This document shows, piece by piece, positions 38,557 to 49,359 of a stretch of 64,000 nucleotides of DNA; within the stretch, counting starts at the first letter, position 1, and every line of letters starts with the position of its first letter. The DNA is from Acidobacteriota bacterium. GTDB lineage: Bacteria; Acidobacteriota; Terriglobia; Terriglobales; Acidobacteriaceae. Both the position numbers and the translations under genes were made by a program. The notes below the pieces were generated by a model. It did no database searches and had not been told where the DNA came from. It saw nothing but the letters and a program-made list of their open reading frames with translations. The stretch covers positions 65,902 through 129,901 of the forward strand of contig JAKAFB010000001.1 of the NCBI GenBank assembly GCA_021818105.1, written 5' to 3'.

Positions 38557-39645
38557 TTAATGATTCATGACATGTATGGGAGCGCGATCTGAGGCCGCTT
38601 CTCGAGAAGCAGGGAGCATGCGGCAAGATTCCCGCTTGATCAATTCGGTTGGGATGGTGACGCTTTGTGGAGCCAGTGTAGGATCTGCAATACGATTTAG
38701 AATCGACTCAGCCATCTGCTTACCGATCTGTTCGGCGAATTCCCGGACCGTAGTCAGCCGGGGATAGAGCCAAGCTCCGATGGTATCGTCACAACCGGAG
38801 ACGCTAATGTCGTCGGGAATTTTCAACCCGCTGTCGCGCGCGCCTTTGTAAACGCCGTGAGCCGCCTCATCGTTTCCCGCAATAATTGCGGTGACGGGCT
38901 CTTTGCGGGCGAGGAGCGATTTGATCCCGAGATATCCGCTTTCCGTGTCGTCTTCAGAGTTGATACTGCTTTGAAGAGGCTCCAATCCAGCTCCGGCCAT
39001 TGCTTGTCGATAACCTTCAAAGCAACGCGCGAACCAAGGCAAGCGAGTGTTTCCGACAAACCAGATGTGACGATGCCCGAGTCCGATCAGATGCTCGGTC
39101 ATATCGCGTATTCCATGAATGTCGTCGGAGAAGACGATGTCGCTCTTCAGGCCGCGAGGCTCACCTACGATGTTGTTCCCGAGCACGACATGGGCGATTC
39201 CCTTGTGATGCAGCAGCTCCAGCAGATTTCCATAGTTGGTGCCAGCCAGGATCACGGCACGGACGACATCCCGATATTGCACGACATTGGGAAGGTGCAA
39301 TTCCTTCCAGGGAATCTGCGGCGAGTAATTGAAGGACAGGAAGACCATATTCCAACCGCGCGCGGCGCAGTAGGCTTCCGCACCGAGCAGAATCTTGGAG
39401 TGGAAAGAGTGCATCATGGTGCGGTTGCTGAGAAGGAAAGCCAGAGCCTTGTTTTTGTTTCTCTGAGAGAGATCAAATCCGAGCTTTGCCGCAGCATCAA
39501 GGACGGTCTTCTGCATGTCGGGATCAACATGACTGTTTCCGTTCAGAACTCGTGATACTGTTGCGACGCTTACCTGAGCAGCGGATGCGATTTCACGAAG
39601 CCCCAGCTTACTCTTTCTGTCTTTTTTGGATTGAACGCGTTCCAT
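38557..39645 (-). CDS. LacI family transcriptional regulator
   Basis: LREIASAAQVSVATVSRVLN, GLKIPDDISVSGCDD, LIKRES. Confidence 0.92.
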   Translation of the reverse strand: MERVQSKKDRKSKLGLREIASAAQVSVATVSRVLNGNSHVDPDMQKTVLDAAAKLGFDLSQRNKNKALAFLLSNRTMMHSFHSKILLGAEAYCAARGWNMVFLSFNYSPQIPWKELHLPNVVQYRDVVRAVILAGTNYGNLLELLHHKGIAHVVLGNNIVGEPRGLKSDIVFSDDIHGIRDMTEHLIGLGHRHIWFVGNTRLPWFARCFEGYRQAMAGAGLEPLQSSINSEDDTESGYLGIKSLLARKEPVTAIIAGNDEAAHGVYKGARDSGLKIPDDISVSGCDDTIGAWLYPRLTTVREFAEQIGKQMAESILNRIADPTLAPQSVTIPTELIKRESCRMLPASREAASDRAPIHVMNH

Positions 39646-39864
39646 ATCGCTAAGCCCCGTTTCTGCCAAGCCGAGAGACGAAAATTCCAAACCAGTATCC
39701 GCCACGGCCGTGCGGCTGCTTTGAGGCAATATCCGAGCCCGCAGTGCATTGCCTTAATCACTATATTAGCAAATTTGCAGAAGAATCAGGAAAAAATATT
39801 AAACATCGTGAAATTTCGCTCTGGCAGGTCGCTTATGACCGAAGATTCGTTCCTCCCGTGCAAG

Positions 39865-40941
39865 CTACAGACCCAAGAGTTTGCATGCGTTCTCGTAGTA
39901 AACCTTGCGAAGAACCTCGTCGGGAAGGAAGAGGCCGTAAATATGCCAGCGTCCCTGGCGCGAGGCGTGCGAGGGATAGTCGAAGTATTCATCGGCGGTC
40001 TCGAGCAGCCGGAAATAAAGTCGATACATCGCGATTTCCGGGAGTAGGTCAGTGCCAAAGAGAATGCGGTCTGGGTACCGAAGAAAGAATCTGCGAGCGG
40101 TATAAGGTTGTCGACCCAGCTCATTTGCACGGGCGCTGATGTCGACAGAAAGATTGGGATAACGATCGAGGATATCTGCGACAGCCGCCAGATCCTCACC
40201 GTTTTCAGCTAGGTGAGCGCAGACAAACTTGGTGCGAGGATGGCGAGCGATGACGGCATTGCGTTGAGCGAGCAGATTGTATTTGGAAACCTCGGAGCCG
40301 TAAAAGCTCCATTCGGGGTGAGCCGCGAGCTCCTCATAGCGCTCGTTGAATTGGTCGATGGGGGCGAAGAAGGCGTCGGGGTCGGCGGTGTGGAACATGA
40401 CGGGGACACCGAGCTCCGCGGCTTTATCGAAAAGCGGAGCCAGACGTTCGTCGTTGATGCGAAGAAGTCGGCCGGAGGCGTCGCGCACCGAGAGGCCAAG
40501 ATCCTTCCAGAACTTGATGCCACGTACGCCATGATCGACGAGACGTTCAAGGCGGTCGAGCGAGAGGCGAAGGAAGTCATGGCGCTCAATGCCTGTCCAA
40601 TCCATCCATCCGATACTGGCGAAGCGATCAGGGGCAGCGCGTTGAAAGCGATCGAGCGTGTCGAGAGCATCCTGACCAGTGCGCATGGTAATGTTAACGA
40701 TTTTCTCGATGCCGCAGGCATCGAGAACTCGCAGCACGTCGAGAGGGTCAAGCGAATCGAGGTGATTGTGATAGTCGATGACAGGAAAGCGTGCCTGTTC
40801 AATGAAATGTTGCGGCAACTTGAGTTGTGAACGGGGGGAGAAGTCGCCCAAGCGCAGGTCGATGTCAGCTTTGGCTTCCATCATGGCAACGAATTTATCG
40901 TCGGGAGGCATGTTGGTTCTATTTTCTCCAGAGAAAGGCAT
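39865..40941 (-). CDS. Amidohydrolase family protein (Amidohydro_2-like)
   Basis: IDYHNH, GIKFWK, FHTADP, FVCAHL, ILFGTD; start may be 40911. Confidence 0.85.
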   Translation of the reverse strand: MPFSGENRTNMPPDDKFVAMMEAKADIDLRLGDFSPRSQLKLPQHFIEQARFPVIDYHNHLDSLDPLDVLRVLDACGIEKIVNITMRTGQDALDTLDRFQRAAPDRFASIGWMDWTGIERHDFLRLSLDRLERLVDHGVRGIKFWKDLGLSVRDASGRLLRINDERLAPLFDKAAELGVPVMFHTADPDAFFAPIDQFNERYEELAAHPEWSFYGSEVSKYNLLAQRNAVIARHPRTKFVCAHLAENGEDLAAVADILDRYPNLSVDISARANELGRQPYTARRFFLRYPDRILFGTDLLPEIAMYRLYFRLLETADEYFDYPSHASRQGRWHIYGLFLPDEVLRKVYYENACKLLGL

Positions 40942-41146
40942 GGAGCAAAGAATAATAACGAAATTAAAAGTAAATAAAAGTCACAAATAATTCAACCGTT
41001 TAATTGTGAATGTCATCTTTTTATGTAAGAATCGACATGATTGGAAGGCTAGAGCCTGCAATCGATAAAGGATCCAAGCCGAGCGGAATGAAGACCTGCG
41101 CAGTTTCATTGCTACGGGTCTGGCCGAGGGAAGGAGAAGCGAGGTA

Positions 41147-42415
41147 ATGCCGAGTTGTCTAGAAGAACTGGTTGCAGCCTGGCATTCAGGATGCTCGCGG
41201 GGTATTTACTCGGTCTGCTCGGCCCATCCCTGGGCGCTGGAAGCGGCTATTGAGCAGGCGCTGGAGGACGGAACCCAACTCCTTGTTGAGGCAACATCCA
41301 ACCAAGTGAACCACCGAGGGGGCTATACGGGAATGCAGCCGGCAGATTTTCGCCGGCTGGTGGAAGGAGTTGCGTCGGCGAAGGGTCTAGGTCTGGAGCG
41401 CCTGATCTTGGGCGGTGATCACCTGGGACCAAATCCGTGGCAAACGCTGCCGGCAGCCGAGGCGATGGGCGAGGCCGAACGTATGGTGGATGCCTATGCG
41501 CGCGCGGGATTTACGAAGATCCACCTGGATGCGAGCATGGCATGTGGCGGAGAGCCAGGTCCGTTGAGCGACGAGACAATTGCGGAACGGGCAGCTCGGC
41601 TGTGTGCGGTGGCCGAACAGGCAAGCGGCGAAAGAAAGCCGGTGTATGTGATCGGAACCGAAGTTCCAGTGCCGGGCGGCGCGACGGAGAGCCTGAGCCA
41701 TCTGGAGCCGACGCGACGTGAGGCGGCAGCAAAGACGCTTGAGGTGCACCATCGCATATTTGCCGGGGCTGGTCTTGCAGCGGCGTGGCCCAGAGCAATC
41801 GCACTAGTGGTGCAGCCGGGCGTGGAGTTCAATCACCAAGATGTTGTGGATTACAATGCGGCTCGGGCCCGTCACTTGCCGGAGTTGCTTCGTCGGGAGC
41901 CGGGACGCGTCTACGAGGCGCATTCGACCGATTATCAGAGGCCGTCGGCGCTGAAGGAGTTGGTGCGCGACGGATTCGCGATCCTGAAGGTGGGACCAGC
42001 CCTGACCTTTGCGTTGCGTGAGGCGTTGCGGGCTCTGGAGCAGATCGAGGTGGAACTTGTTGAGCCGAGGCGTCGCTCATGCTTGATGGGCGTGCTGGAA
42101 CAGGCGATGCTCGACAATCCGCAACACTGGAAACATCACTACTCCGGCGACGCGCGTACGATGCGATTGCTGCGCCGCTACAGCTACAGCGATCGAGTCC
42201 GCTACTACTGGGCGGTGCCCGAGGTAAGGGACGCGGTGGCACAGCTTGATGGGAACCTGAAAGAGACGGGTATTCCAGAGACAATGCTGAGCGCATATCT
42301 GCCGCGGCAATACAAGGCCGTGCGCTCGGGAAGACTGCGCCCGGAGGCGCGCGCAATCGCAATCGACCGAATTCGAGACGCAATCCGGCCCTACGCAGAA
42401 GCCTGTTGGGGGTAG
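41147..42415 (+). CDS. kbaZ: GatZ/KbaZ family protein (tagatose-6-phosphate 4-epimerase-like)
   Basis: SVCSAHP, EATSNQVN, GGDHLGP, KIHLDAS, GTEVPVPGG, EAHSTDYQ, YSYSDRVRYYW. Confidence 0.95.
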   Translation: MPSCLEELVAAWHSGCSRGIYSVCSAHPWALEAAIEQALEDGTQLLVEATSNQVNHRGGYTGMQPADFRRLVEGVASAKGLGLERLILGGDHLGPNPWQTLPAAEAMGEAERMVDAYARAGFTKIHLDASMACGGEPGPLSDETIAERAARLCAVAEQASGERKPVYVIGTEVPVPGGATESLSHLEPTRREAAAKTLEVHHRIFAGAGLAAAWPRAIALVVQPGVEFNHQDVVDYNAARARHLPELLRREPGRVYEAHSTDYQRPSALKELVRDGFAILKVGPALTFALREALRALEQIEVELVEPRRRSCLMGVLEQAMLDNPQHWKHHYSGDARTMRLLRRYSYSDRVRYYWAVPEVRDAVAQLDGNLKETGIPETMLSAYLPRQYKAVRSGRLRPEARAIAIDRIRDAIRPYAEACWG

Positions 42416-42576
42416 GAACTGCCGCCCTCCCCACGGGGTTTGCACCACGGTGACGGCTCTTGGTTATGCGAATCCTTTTATAATTGGGCGGCTGTGCGAC
42501 TGAAGGCGCTGCTACAGTGCAAGTTTCAGCAAGGTGACCGAAGTGCAATCATGCCTCCGGTCCACTCCGCTGCCGA

Positions 42577-43842
42577 TCAAGCAGCGGGCGGTTTCCACTG
42601 CGGGACGTTCTTCATACTCCCCTCGAACACGGCGTTTTTGCCGGTTGTGCATGCCATAGCCGAGCCAAATCCAACGCGCACGTCCGCCACAGGCTGGGTT
42701 TTGGTGCGTACGCAGTGAACAAATGAGCGGCAGGCGGTGAGGGTTGGGTCTTCCGCCTTGCGGGCATCAATTCGCTTTCCAGGGCCGCGATAGGGCATCT
42801 CATCGTCAGCTGCATAGTTGTAGCTTGCACCGGTTTTAACGCCCCGTCGCACGGCGTCGGTGTGGTCGGAGCCGGTGATGGTGTGGTGGATCGAGCCATA
42901 AAAGGTGGCGTCTTCCACCGTCAACTGTACGCTGCCGTTGGTGCCGTAAACCCAGAGCTGATCGCCCATGAACGCGTTGTCGGTCAGCGATGAAAAAATC
43001 ATGCGGCGCCCTTTGGAATACCCGAGGATGGCTTGAACGTTGTCACCGACGGTTCTGCCATCGTTATAGAGCACGATGCTGGTGGAGCCGAGGACGGTCT
43101 GCGGTTGTTCTCCGAATATCCAGTTGGCAACATCGATCTGATGCGAGCCGAGTTCCTCAAGCAGGCCGCCCGAGCTCTCGCGGTAGAGTCTCCAGTTGAT
43201 CAGATGTTCTAGGTTTGGGTCGGGCACATTGCGTCTCCAGTTGTCTCTGCGGAACCAGTATGCATAGACATGGGTTGGTTCGCCGATCTCCCCTTCGTGA
43301 ATCCGCCGGATGGCTTCCTGAAACCATGGGGCGTAGCGATTTTGATGCCCTACTTGATAGATCTGGCCGCTTTGGGTAACAGCATTGACGATGTTGTAGT
43401 TGTCTTCCTCGGTGAATCCCATGGTTTTTTCGCCATAGACGGGCCGCCCGCTTTGGATAGAGTCGATTACATGCTGCGCGTGGAAGAGTGGCGGCGAGGC
43501 AACCACCACGGCATCAATATCTCGGCGCTCCAGCATCTGGCGATAATCCTTGTACGCAGGGACGGCCTTGCCGACGAGCTCGTTGACCTGCAAAAAGCGA
43601 AGCTCATAGACGTCGGCAACTGCAACTACTTCTACGCCCGGGACGCGCAGGAACTGGCGGATCAACTCTTTGCCGCGGCTGCCAGGTCCGATGACGGCAA
43701 TACGAAGGCGGTCGGCCGAGGTGACTGGCTGATCTCCCACTTCCGGAGCATCTTCCGCTTCTCCGTGGCGCGGGCTGACTCCCATCGTGGCGGAAAGAAT
43801 ACTCAGGGATAGCCCTTGCAGCAAGCTTCTTCGGTTCATCAT
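42577..43842 (-). CDS. Tat-exported Gfo/Idh/MocA oxidoreductase
   Basis: MNRRSLLQ twin-arginine signal, IAVIGPGSRG, VYGEK, ELGSHQID. Confidence 0.9.
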   Translation of the reverse strand: MMNRRSLLQGLSLSILSATMGVSPRHGEAEDAPEVGDQPVTSADRLRIAVIGPGSRGKELIRQFLRVPGVEVVAVADVYELRFLQVNELVGKAVPAYKDYRQMLERRDIDAVVVASPPLFHAQHVIDSIQSGRPVYGEKTMGFTEEDNYNIVNAVTQSGQIYQVGHQNRYAPWFQEAIRRIHEGEIGEPTHVYAYWFRRDNWRRNVPDPNLEHLINWRLYRESSGGLLEELGSHQIDVANWIFGEQPQTVLGSTSIVLYNDGRTVGDNVQAILGYSKGRRMIFSSLTDNAFMGDQLWVYGTNGSVQLTVEDATFYGSIHHTITGSDHTDAVRRGVKTGASYNYAADDEMPYRGPGKRIDARKAEDPTLTACRSFVHCVRTKTQPVADVRVGFGSAMACTTGKNAVFEGSMKNVPQWKPPAA

Positions 43843-43843
43843 T

Positions 43844-44908
43844 TCAGTCTTCCTCCATCATGGTTGAGCATTCACAATCTTCTTTGGCGATTGGCGCAGG
43901 CCAGCGGACAGCTTCTGGTTGTGCGGTCTCTTGTTCTGGGGTGAGCACCAGGGCAGATACCGCCGGCAGGCTATCGAGCAGTGAAGCTCTGGCGTGGGTT
44001 GGCAACGCGAACAGCACGTTGGACAGCGCATCGCTGTCAGTTGCAGAAGGGGCAACGGCGGTAACCTGCAAGACGCTTTCGATAGGCAGTAACGTCTCGG
44101 TACTCATGATGGAGCCATAGAGGTGTCCCCGATCGAGAAATCGCTTCTCGGTGTAGTTGGCCGTGGAAAGAGATGTGTCGCGCAAGAGAACTGTGGAGAG
44201 AATGTGCCCGGGTTTGCCTGGCACCGGGACACGCACCTTCCAGCCTACTTCTCCGGGCGGGGAGCCGATGGCGTAGAGCGTGCTGCTGCCGGCGGAGATT
44301 AGAGAAGCTGGCACCGGCTCGTCCTGCAACACGCGAACGACCCGATCCACCGCATAACCTTTCCCAATTCCGCCAGGGTCAAGCTCGATTCCAGGGACGA
44401 GAAAGCGCACAGTCCTCCTATCCGGATCGAGGCAAACGTTGCGCCAGCCCACCTGGCTTCGGATACTGGATAACTCCTGCGGCGTGGGCACGCGCCCCGT
44501 ATCACCGAAGAATCCCCAGGCTTTCATGAGCTTGCCTACCGTGATGTCGAAGGCGCCCTCAGAGCGGGCACTCCAAGCAAAGGCATAATCCAGGAATTGG
44601 AAGGTCTCCGGATCGGTCGTGACCGGGTGGTCGAAGGCCTCGCGGTTGATGCGCGATAATTCGCTGCCCGGCCGATAATGGCTCAGGAGATTCTCAATGC
44701 GATGGACCTCCTCAAACGCTGCTCCGGCGATCGAGCGGGCTTTGTCCTGAGAGGAGGAATACAAATGAAGTGTGAACTCGGTGCCCATTGCGGGCGTACT
44801 AAACGAGTAGAGCGGAAGCGCGCCGGGCAGCTCTTCCTGGCGGTCCGGGGCAAATGCCGGAACAGGCGGCGTTGGAGGGCGCTCGTGAAACGAAGAAGCG
44901 TAACTCAT
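43844..44908 (-). CDS. apbE: FAD:protein FMN transferase (ApbE family), no signal peptide evident
   Basis: AMGT, SELSRIN, GAFDITVG, DPGGIGKGYAVD, LSTA, ATDSDALS. Confidence 0.9.
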   Translation of the reverse strand: MSYASSFHERPPTPPVPAFAPDRQEELPGALPLYSFSTPAMGTEFTLHLYSSSQDKARSIAGAAFEEVHRIENLLSHYRPGSELSRINREAFDHPVTTDPETFQFLDYAFAWSARSEGAFDITVGKLMKAWGFFGDTGRVPTPQELSSIRSQVGWRNVCLDPDRRTVRFLVPGIELDPGGIGKGYAVDRVVRVLQDEPVPASLISAGSSTLYAIGSPPGEVGWKVRVPVPGKPGHILSTVLLRDTSLSTANYTEKRFLDRGHLYGSIMSTETLLPIESVLQVTAVAPSATDSDALSNVLFALPTHARASLLDSLPAVSALVLTPEQETAQPEAVRWPAPIAKEDCECSTMMEED

Positions 44909-45239
44909 CGAGATATTGTTATTTCCTTTTACTCTCTTCCTTGTATATTTAATTTCGAATATCTTCTTTTGTCAATCTGACCGCTGATTGCCCTATGCAC
45001 ATCCGGACCGGACAGACGAAGTGAGACAGCAACGAGGCGCAACCGCACGATCTTGGGGAAGCTTGCCACGAGGAAATCGGTTCAACCTCCGAGGATTTCA
45101 TGGAACGGCGAACTGATCCTCTCCTAGCAGGACCGTCAGAAGGGGCTTCAGGTCTAAGCAAAGAAAATGCACTTGCATATCACTGATTTTTGTTTTCGGT
45201 ATCATTGACGCTGCATGATCATATCCTTACACTTGTACT

Positions 45240-46034
45240 ATGCGGGTTGAAAGCGACAGTACACCGATGCTCGCCGAGCAGAGGCGGCGTAAGATCTTGG
45301 ATCTGCTGGAGCAGAAAGGGCAGATCACGGTCAGGGAGTTGGCGGACCAATTTTCGATATCGGCAGTTACCTTGCGTGCCGACTTGAAAGCCCTGAGCGC
45401 CGCCGGGGCAATTCTTCGTTCCCATGGCGGAGCGGTGCTTCCCGAGGAGGCGGCGCGCGATTATCCCTTACGCATGAAGGCAACGCTGCACCGGGCGGAG
45501 AAAGTTCAAATCGGGCGGGCGGCGGTCAACCTGATTCAACCGGGCGAAGTGATCCTGCTCGATTCCGGCACCACGACGGAGGAGATTGCGCGCCAGATCA
45601 AAGCTCGGGCAATTCATTCAATTACGTTAATCACCGATGCAATTAACGTTGTTTCGGAAGTGGTTGACGCTCCGGGAATCTCGGTGATTTGCATTGGTGG
45701 AATCCTGCGACCCGTGTCGCAATCCTTTGTCGGTCCACAGGCCGAGATGATGCTGAAGGATCTTCACGCCGACCGTCTCTTTCTTGCCGTAGACGGATTC
45801 GATCTGGAAGTAGGATTGACGACCCCGGATGTGCTTGAAGCTCAGTTAAACAGTTTAATGATGAAGGCATCCAAGGAAGTCACGGTGGTGGCCGATCACA
45901 GTAAACTGGGCCGACGCAGCGTTTCGCGAATCGGAACCATCGAACAAATCCATCGTCTCATCACCGACGCAAAGGCGCCGGAGGACTTCGTCGAAGCCCT
46001 GCGCCACCGCGGCATTGAAGTGATCCTCGCCTGA
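45240..46034 (+). CDS. DeoR/AgaR family transcriptional regulator
   Basis: RRRKILDLL, SAVTLRADL, RSHGGA, LDSGTTT, ADHSKLG. Confidence 0.92.
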   Translation: MRVESDSTPMLAEQRRRKILDLLEQKGQITVRELADQFSISAVTLRADLKALSAAGAILRSHGGAVLPEEAARDYPLRMKATLHRAEKVQIGRAAVNLIQPGEVILLDSGTTTEEIARQIKARAIHSITLITDAINVVSEVVDAPGISVICIGGILRPVSQSFVGPQAEMMLKDLHADRLFLAVDGFDLEVGLTTPDVLEAQLNSLMMKASKEVTVVADHSKLGRRSVSRIGTIEQIHRLITDAKAPEDFVEALRHRGIEVILA

Positions 46035-46190
46035 CCGGTCTGCGCTCTTTCCGGTAGACATGCGGTCCCCGAGCAAGCTTGGACCGAACGTACCGCCGGG
46101 TGTCGCAGCCTCCGAAATCGACCCACAGCGCAGCGCCTCGCACAGGAATCCAAGCCGGATGCGAGGTCTGCGCACTACAGGAGTCCGCAT

Positions 46191-47594
46191 TTGCTAGAGA
46201 CCCAGAATGCCGCTGCATCCTGTTCCCAGTCCGGAGCCGCTCACCTGCACCGCACATTGGGATTGTGGAATCTGATCATCATCGGGCTGGTTATCATCCA
46301 GCCGACGGCGCCGATGGGAATCTACGGCGTCATCAGCAACAAGGCACACGGTCACGTTGTGACCACCATTCTGATTGCGATGGTGGCGATGCTGTTTACC
46401 GCCATTGGCTATGGGCGGATGGCGCGGGTTTATCCGAGCGCTGGCTCCTCCTATACCTACGTGGGGCGCGAAATTTACTCTGCCCTGGGGTACGTGGTGG
46501 GCTGGGGCATGGTCATGGACTACCTTCTGAACCCACTCATCTGCACGGCGTTCTGCTCGAAGGCGGCGATGAACATTCTGCCGGGCCTGTCCTATTACAT
46601 CTGGATTGTGATCTTCGCGGCGTTCTTTACCTGGGCCAATCTGCGCGGTATTCGTACCTCGGCGAAGCTGAATGAAGTTTTGTGCGCGGGCATGGTACTG
46701 GTGGTCCTGATTTTTCTTGGAGGCGTGGTGCGCTGGCTTTGGCAGGCACACCACGATCCGGGGTTCTTCGCCCGCCCATTTTACGACCCCTCCACGTTTC
46801 AGCTTTCAAGCGTCTTTGCGGGAACCTCGGTGGCCGTGCTGACCTATATCGGGTTCGATGCGGTGTCGACGCTCTCCGAGGAAGCGAAGAATCCACGTCG
46901 GAACATCTTGTGGGCCACCGTGCTGGTATGTCTGATCACCGGCGTCTTATCTGGGCTGGAGGTTTATGCGGCACAACTGGTATGGGGAGCCAAACCGTTT
47001 GCGGAAGGCAGTGTGGAATCCGCTTTCGCGCTGATCTCCCGGAAGGTAGGCGGCGTCATTCTTTTCCAGGTGGTGAACTTTACGCTGCTGCTGGCAAATG
47101 TTGGCTCCGGCATGGGCTCGCAACTGGCGGCGGGACGGCTTTTGTACGGAATGGGTCGCGGGAACGCCTTGCCCCGGTCCTTTTTCGGCTCCATCGACAG
47201 CAAGCGGCGGATTCCGCGCAACAACATTTTGGCAGTGGGAGGATTTGCGCTGGCCGGAGCCGGCATCCTGGAGTTCTTTGCGAATCGACTGGGCGGAGGC
47301 GCTTACGAAGTGGGCGCGCAGGCGCTGAACTTTGGAGCCTTTATCGCGTTCATGGGCGTGAACGCGGCGTCGTTTGTGCATTCGGTGGTGCGCGGCGGAA
47401 GCCGCAAACCGACGGACATTCTGGTTCCAGTTCTCGGGTTCGGCATCTGCGCGTTTATCTGGGTGCATCTGAGCCGGCCCGCGTTGGTTCTGGGCTCGGC
47501 GTGGATGAGCATTGGTATTATTTACGGGGCAATCCGCACCCGCGGGTTCCGCTCCGAGCTAGTCACCTTTGAGGTGCCAGCGGAAGAAATCTGA
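46191..47594 (+). CDS. APC family amino-acid/amine permease
   Basis: YPSAGSSYTY, YIGFDAVSTLSEE, GRLLYGMGR; TTG start after AGGAG. Confidence 0.9.
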   Translation: MLETQNAAASCSQSGAAHLHRTLGLWNLIIIGLVIIQPTAPMGIYGVISNKAHGHVVTTILIAMVAMLFTAIGYGRMARVYPSAGSSYTYVGREIYSALGYVVGWGMVMDYLLNPLICTAFCSKAAMNILPGLSYYIWIVIFAAFFTWANLRGIRTSAKLNEVLCAGMVLVVLIFLGGVVRWLWQAHHDPGFFARPFYDPSTFQLSSVFAGTSVAVLTYIGFDAVSTLSEEAKNPRRNILWATVLVCLITGVLSGLEVYAAQLVWGAKPFAEGSVESAFALISRKVGGVILFQVVNFTLLLANVGSGMGSQLAAGRLLYGMGRGNALPRSFFGSIDSKRRIPRNNILAVGGFALAGAGILEFFANRLGGGAYEVGAQALNFGAFIAFMGVNAASFVHSVVRGGSRKPTDILVPVLGFGICAFIWVHLSRPALVLGSAWMSIGIIYGAIRTRGFRSELVTFEVPAEEI

Positions 47595-47651
47595 GCCGAA
47601 GGCGATGAAAGGCAGTCTCGATCGTATCGGCGCACGCGCTGTGCGAATGCG

Positions 47652-48971
47652 TCATTTCTCGTGGGGAGCAGCACAGACGGCCGGCTTCGAGGGGCGGATT
47701 AGGAGAAAGACGGCTGCCGTGGCGAAGAGCGGGAGCAGGCCAGCCGCAAGAAACGCGGGAACGTAAGAAAAGCGGTCAACAATAGCCCCGACGGCAAGAG
47801 TGAAGATGGTGCTGACGATGCCTGCTGCCAGTCCACTCAGCCCGGTCACAGTGCCCACGACATCCTGCGGAAAAAGGTCAGACGGAAATGTCAGCCCCAT
47901 CGTCGACCAGCTTGCAAAGCCCCAAAGCGCAACGCAGATCAGGGCCAGCGCCAGGTACACACTGTGCACCCGCGAAGCAGGAATGCCTGCGAGAATGGGC
48001 ACACAACTAACCGCACAAACCCACAGGCGCGCACGCACGACGGAAACGCCGCGCCGAATGCAGAACCCGGAGATCCAGCCTCCCGTAAAATTGCCGAGAT
48101 CCGCGGCGACGAATGGTATCCAGGCAAATGCGGCGATCGCCTTCAGGCTGAAACCGCGGGCATCACTCAAGTATTGCGGAAGCCAGAAGACGTAGAACCA
48201 CCAGATTGGATCCGTGAGCGCGCGACCGAAGATGACGCCCCATACATTGCGATTGCGCACCAGATCGATCCACTTCCTGAGCCCACCTTTTTCTGAATGA
48301 ACCGCCGCATCCATGCCGGCACGAATAAGCGCCACTTCCGGCGCTCTGACGCGGGGATGGCGATCGAGTGGATGGTAGACGCGCAGCCAGAGCGCAAGCC
48401 AGATGAGGCCAAGCGACCCGGAAAAGGCAAAGGACCAGCGCCATCCAACAGTCAGAGCAATCCAGGGAATGGCAAGCGCGGCCAGAGCCCCGCCGACGCT
48501 CGAACCGCTGTCAAAGATTGCCACGGCCAGGCTGCGCTCCTGGCGTGGAAACCATTCAGCCACAGCCTTGCTGGCGCCCGGCCAATTAAAGCCTTCTCCA
48601 ATGCCGAGCAGGAACCGAAAGACGGCGAAGCCCATGGCGGAGTTCGCCAGGCTGGTGAGGATACTCATGACCGACCACCAGGCGGCGGCCAGCGCCAGGC
48701 CTATGCGTGTGCCAACCAGATCGAGAACGATTCCGCCGAACAGCCAGGTCAGTGCATAGGCAAGCTGAAAGGCGCCGAGAATCCCGCCCAGGCTCGTGTG
48801 GCTCAGGTGGAATTGCCGCGTAAGCATGGGCGCAAGCACGGAAAACGTCTGCCGGTTGATGTAATTGATCACCGTGGAGCAGAAGAGCGTCCACACAATC
48901 CACCACCGCGTTCGTCCCGGGCGTAACTTGGCGCCGGGTGCTGTGGTCTCCAGTTGGGCATTACTGAACAT
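47652..48971 (-). CDS. MFS transporter (ExuT/ACS-like)
   Basis: INYINRQ, GEGFNWPGASKAVAEWFP, DPIWWFYVFWLP. Confidence 0.9.
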   Translation of the reverse strand: MFSNAQLETTAPGAKLRPGRTRWWIVWTLFCSTVINYINRQTFSVLAPMLTRQFHLSHTSLGGILGAFQLAYALTWLFGGIVLDLVGTRIGLALAAAWWSVMSILTSLANSAMGFAVFRFLLGIGEGFNWPGASKAVAEWFPRQERSLAVAIFDSGSSVGGALAALAIPWIALTVGWRWSFAFSGSLGLIWLALWLRVYHPLDRHPRVRAPEVALIRAGMDAAVHSEKGGLRKWIDLVRNRNVWGVIFGRALTDPIWWFYVFWLPQYLSDARGFSLKAIAAFAWIPFVAADLGNFTGGWISGFCIRRGVSVVRARLWVCAVSCVPILAGIPASRVHSVYLALALICVALWGFASWSTMGLTFPSDLFPQDVVGTVTGLSGLAAGIVSTIFTLAVGAIVDRFSYVPAFLAAGLLPLFATAAVFLLIRPSKPAVCAAPHEK

Positions 48972-49359
48972 GAGCGGTGGTACTCCGTGCCGGCGTCCGG
49001 CATTATAGATGGCGAGCGGTGCAAATACCGCTCGGCAAACAAAAGAGACTCAACATGATGCGTAGATAATCGAAAGCAAACACTTCGACAGTATTGCACA
49101 GAATCGCACAAGACGACCCTGCCGGTAAGGTCTGATCGCTTGCAATCACCCGGAATGGCTTATTTCAGGTCTACAAAAAACTGTCGCTGAACCTAAAATT
49201 TTGCAATGTTCTCCGCGAAGAATAATATGATTTCGTATGATTGCTTTTGTTTTCCAATACTGTTGCCAACCCAATTGGAAGTTCCAGGCGGTGTGCCCTT
49301 TCTTTTGGCACACAAGGCGGCCGGAACTTGGAAACGGGAAGGCTAGTGCTCCATCGGGT

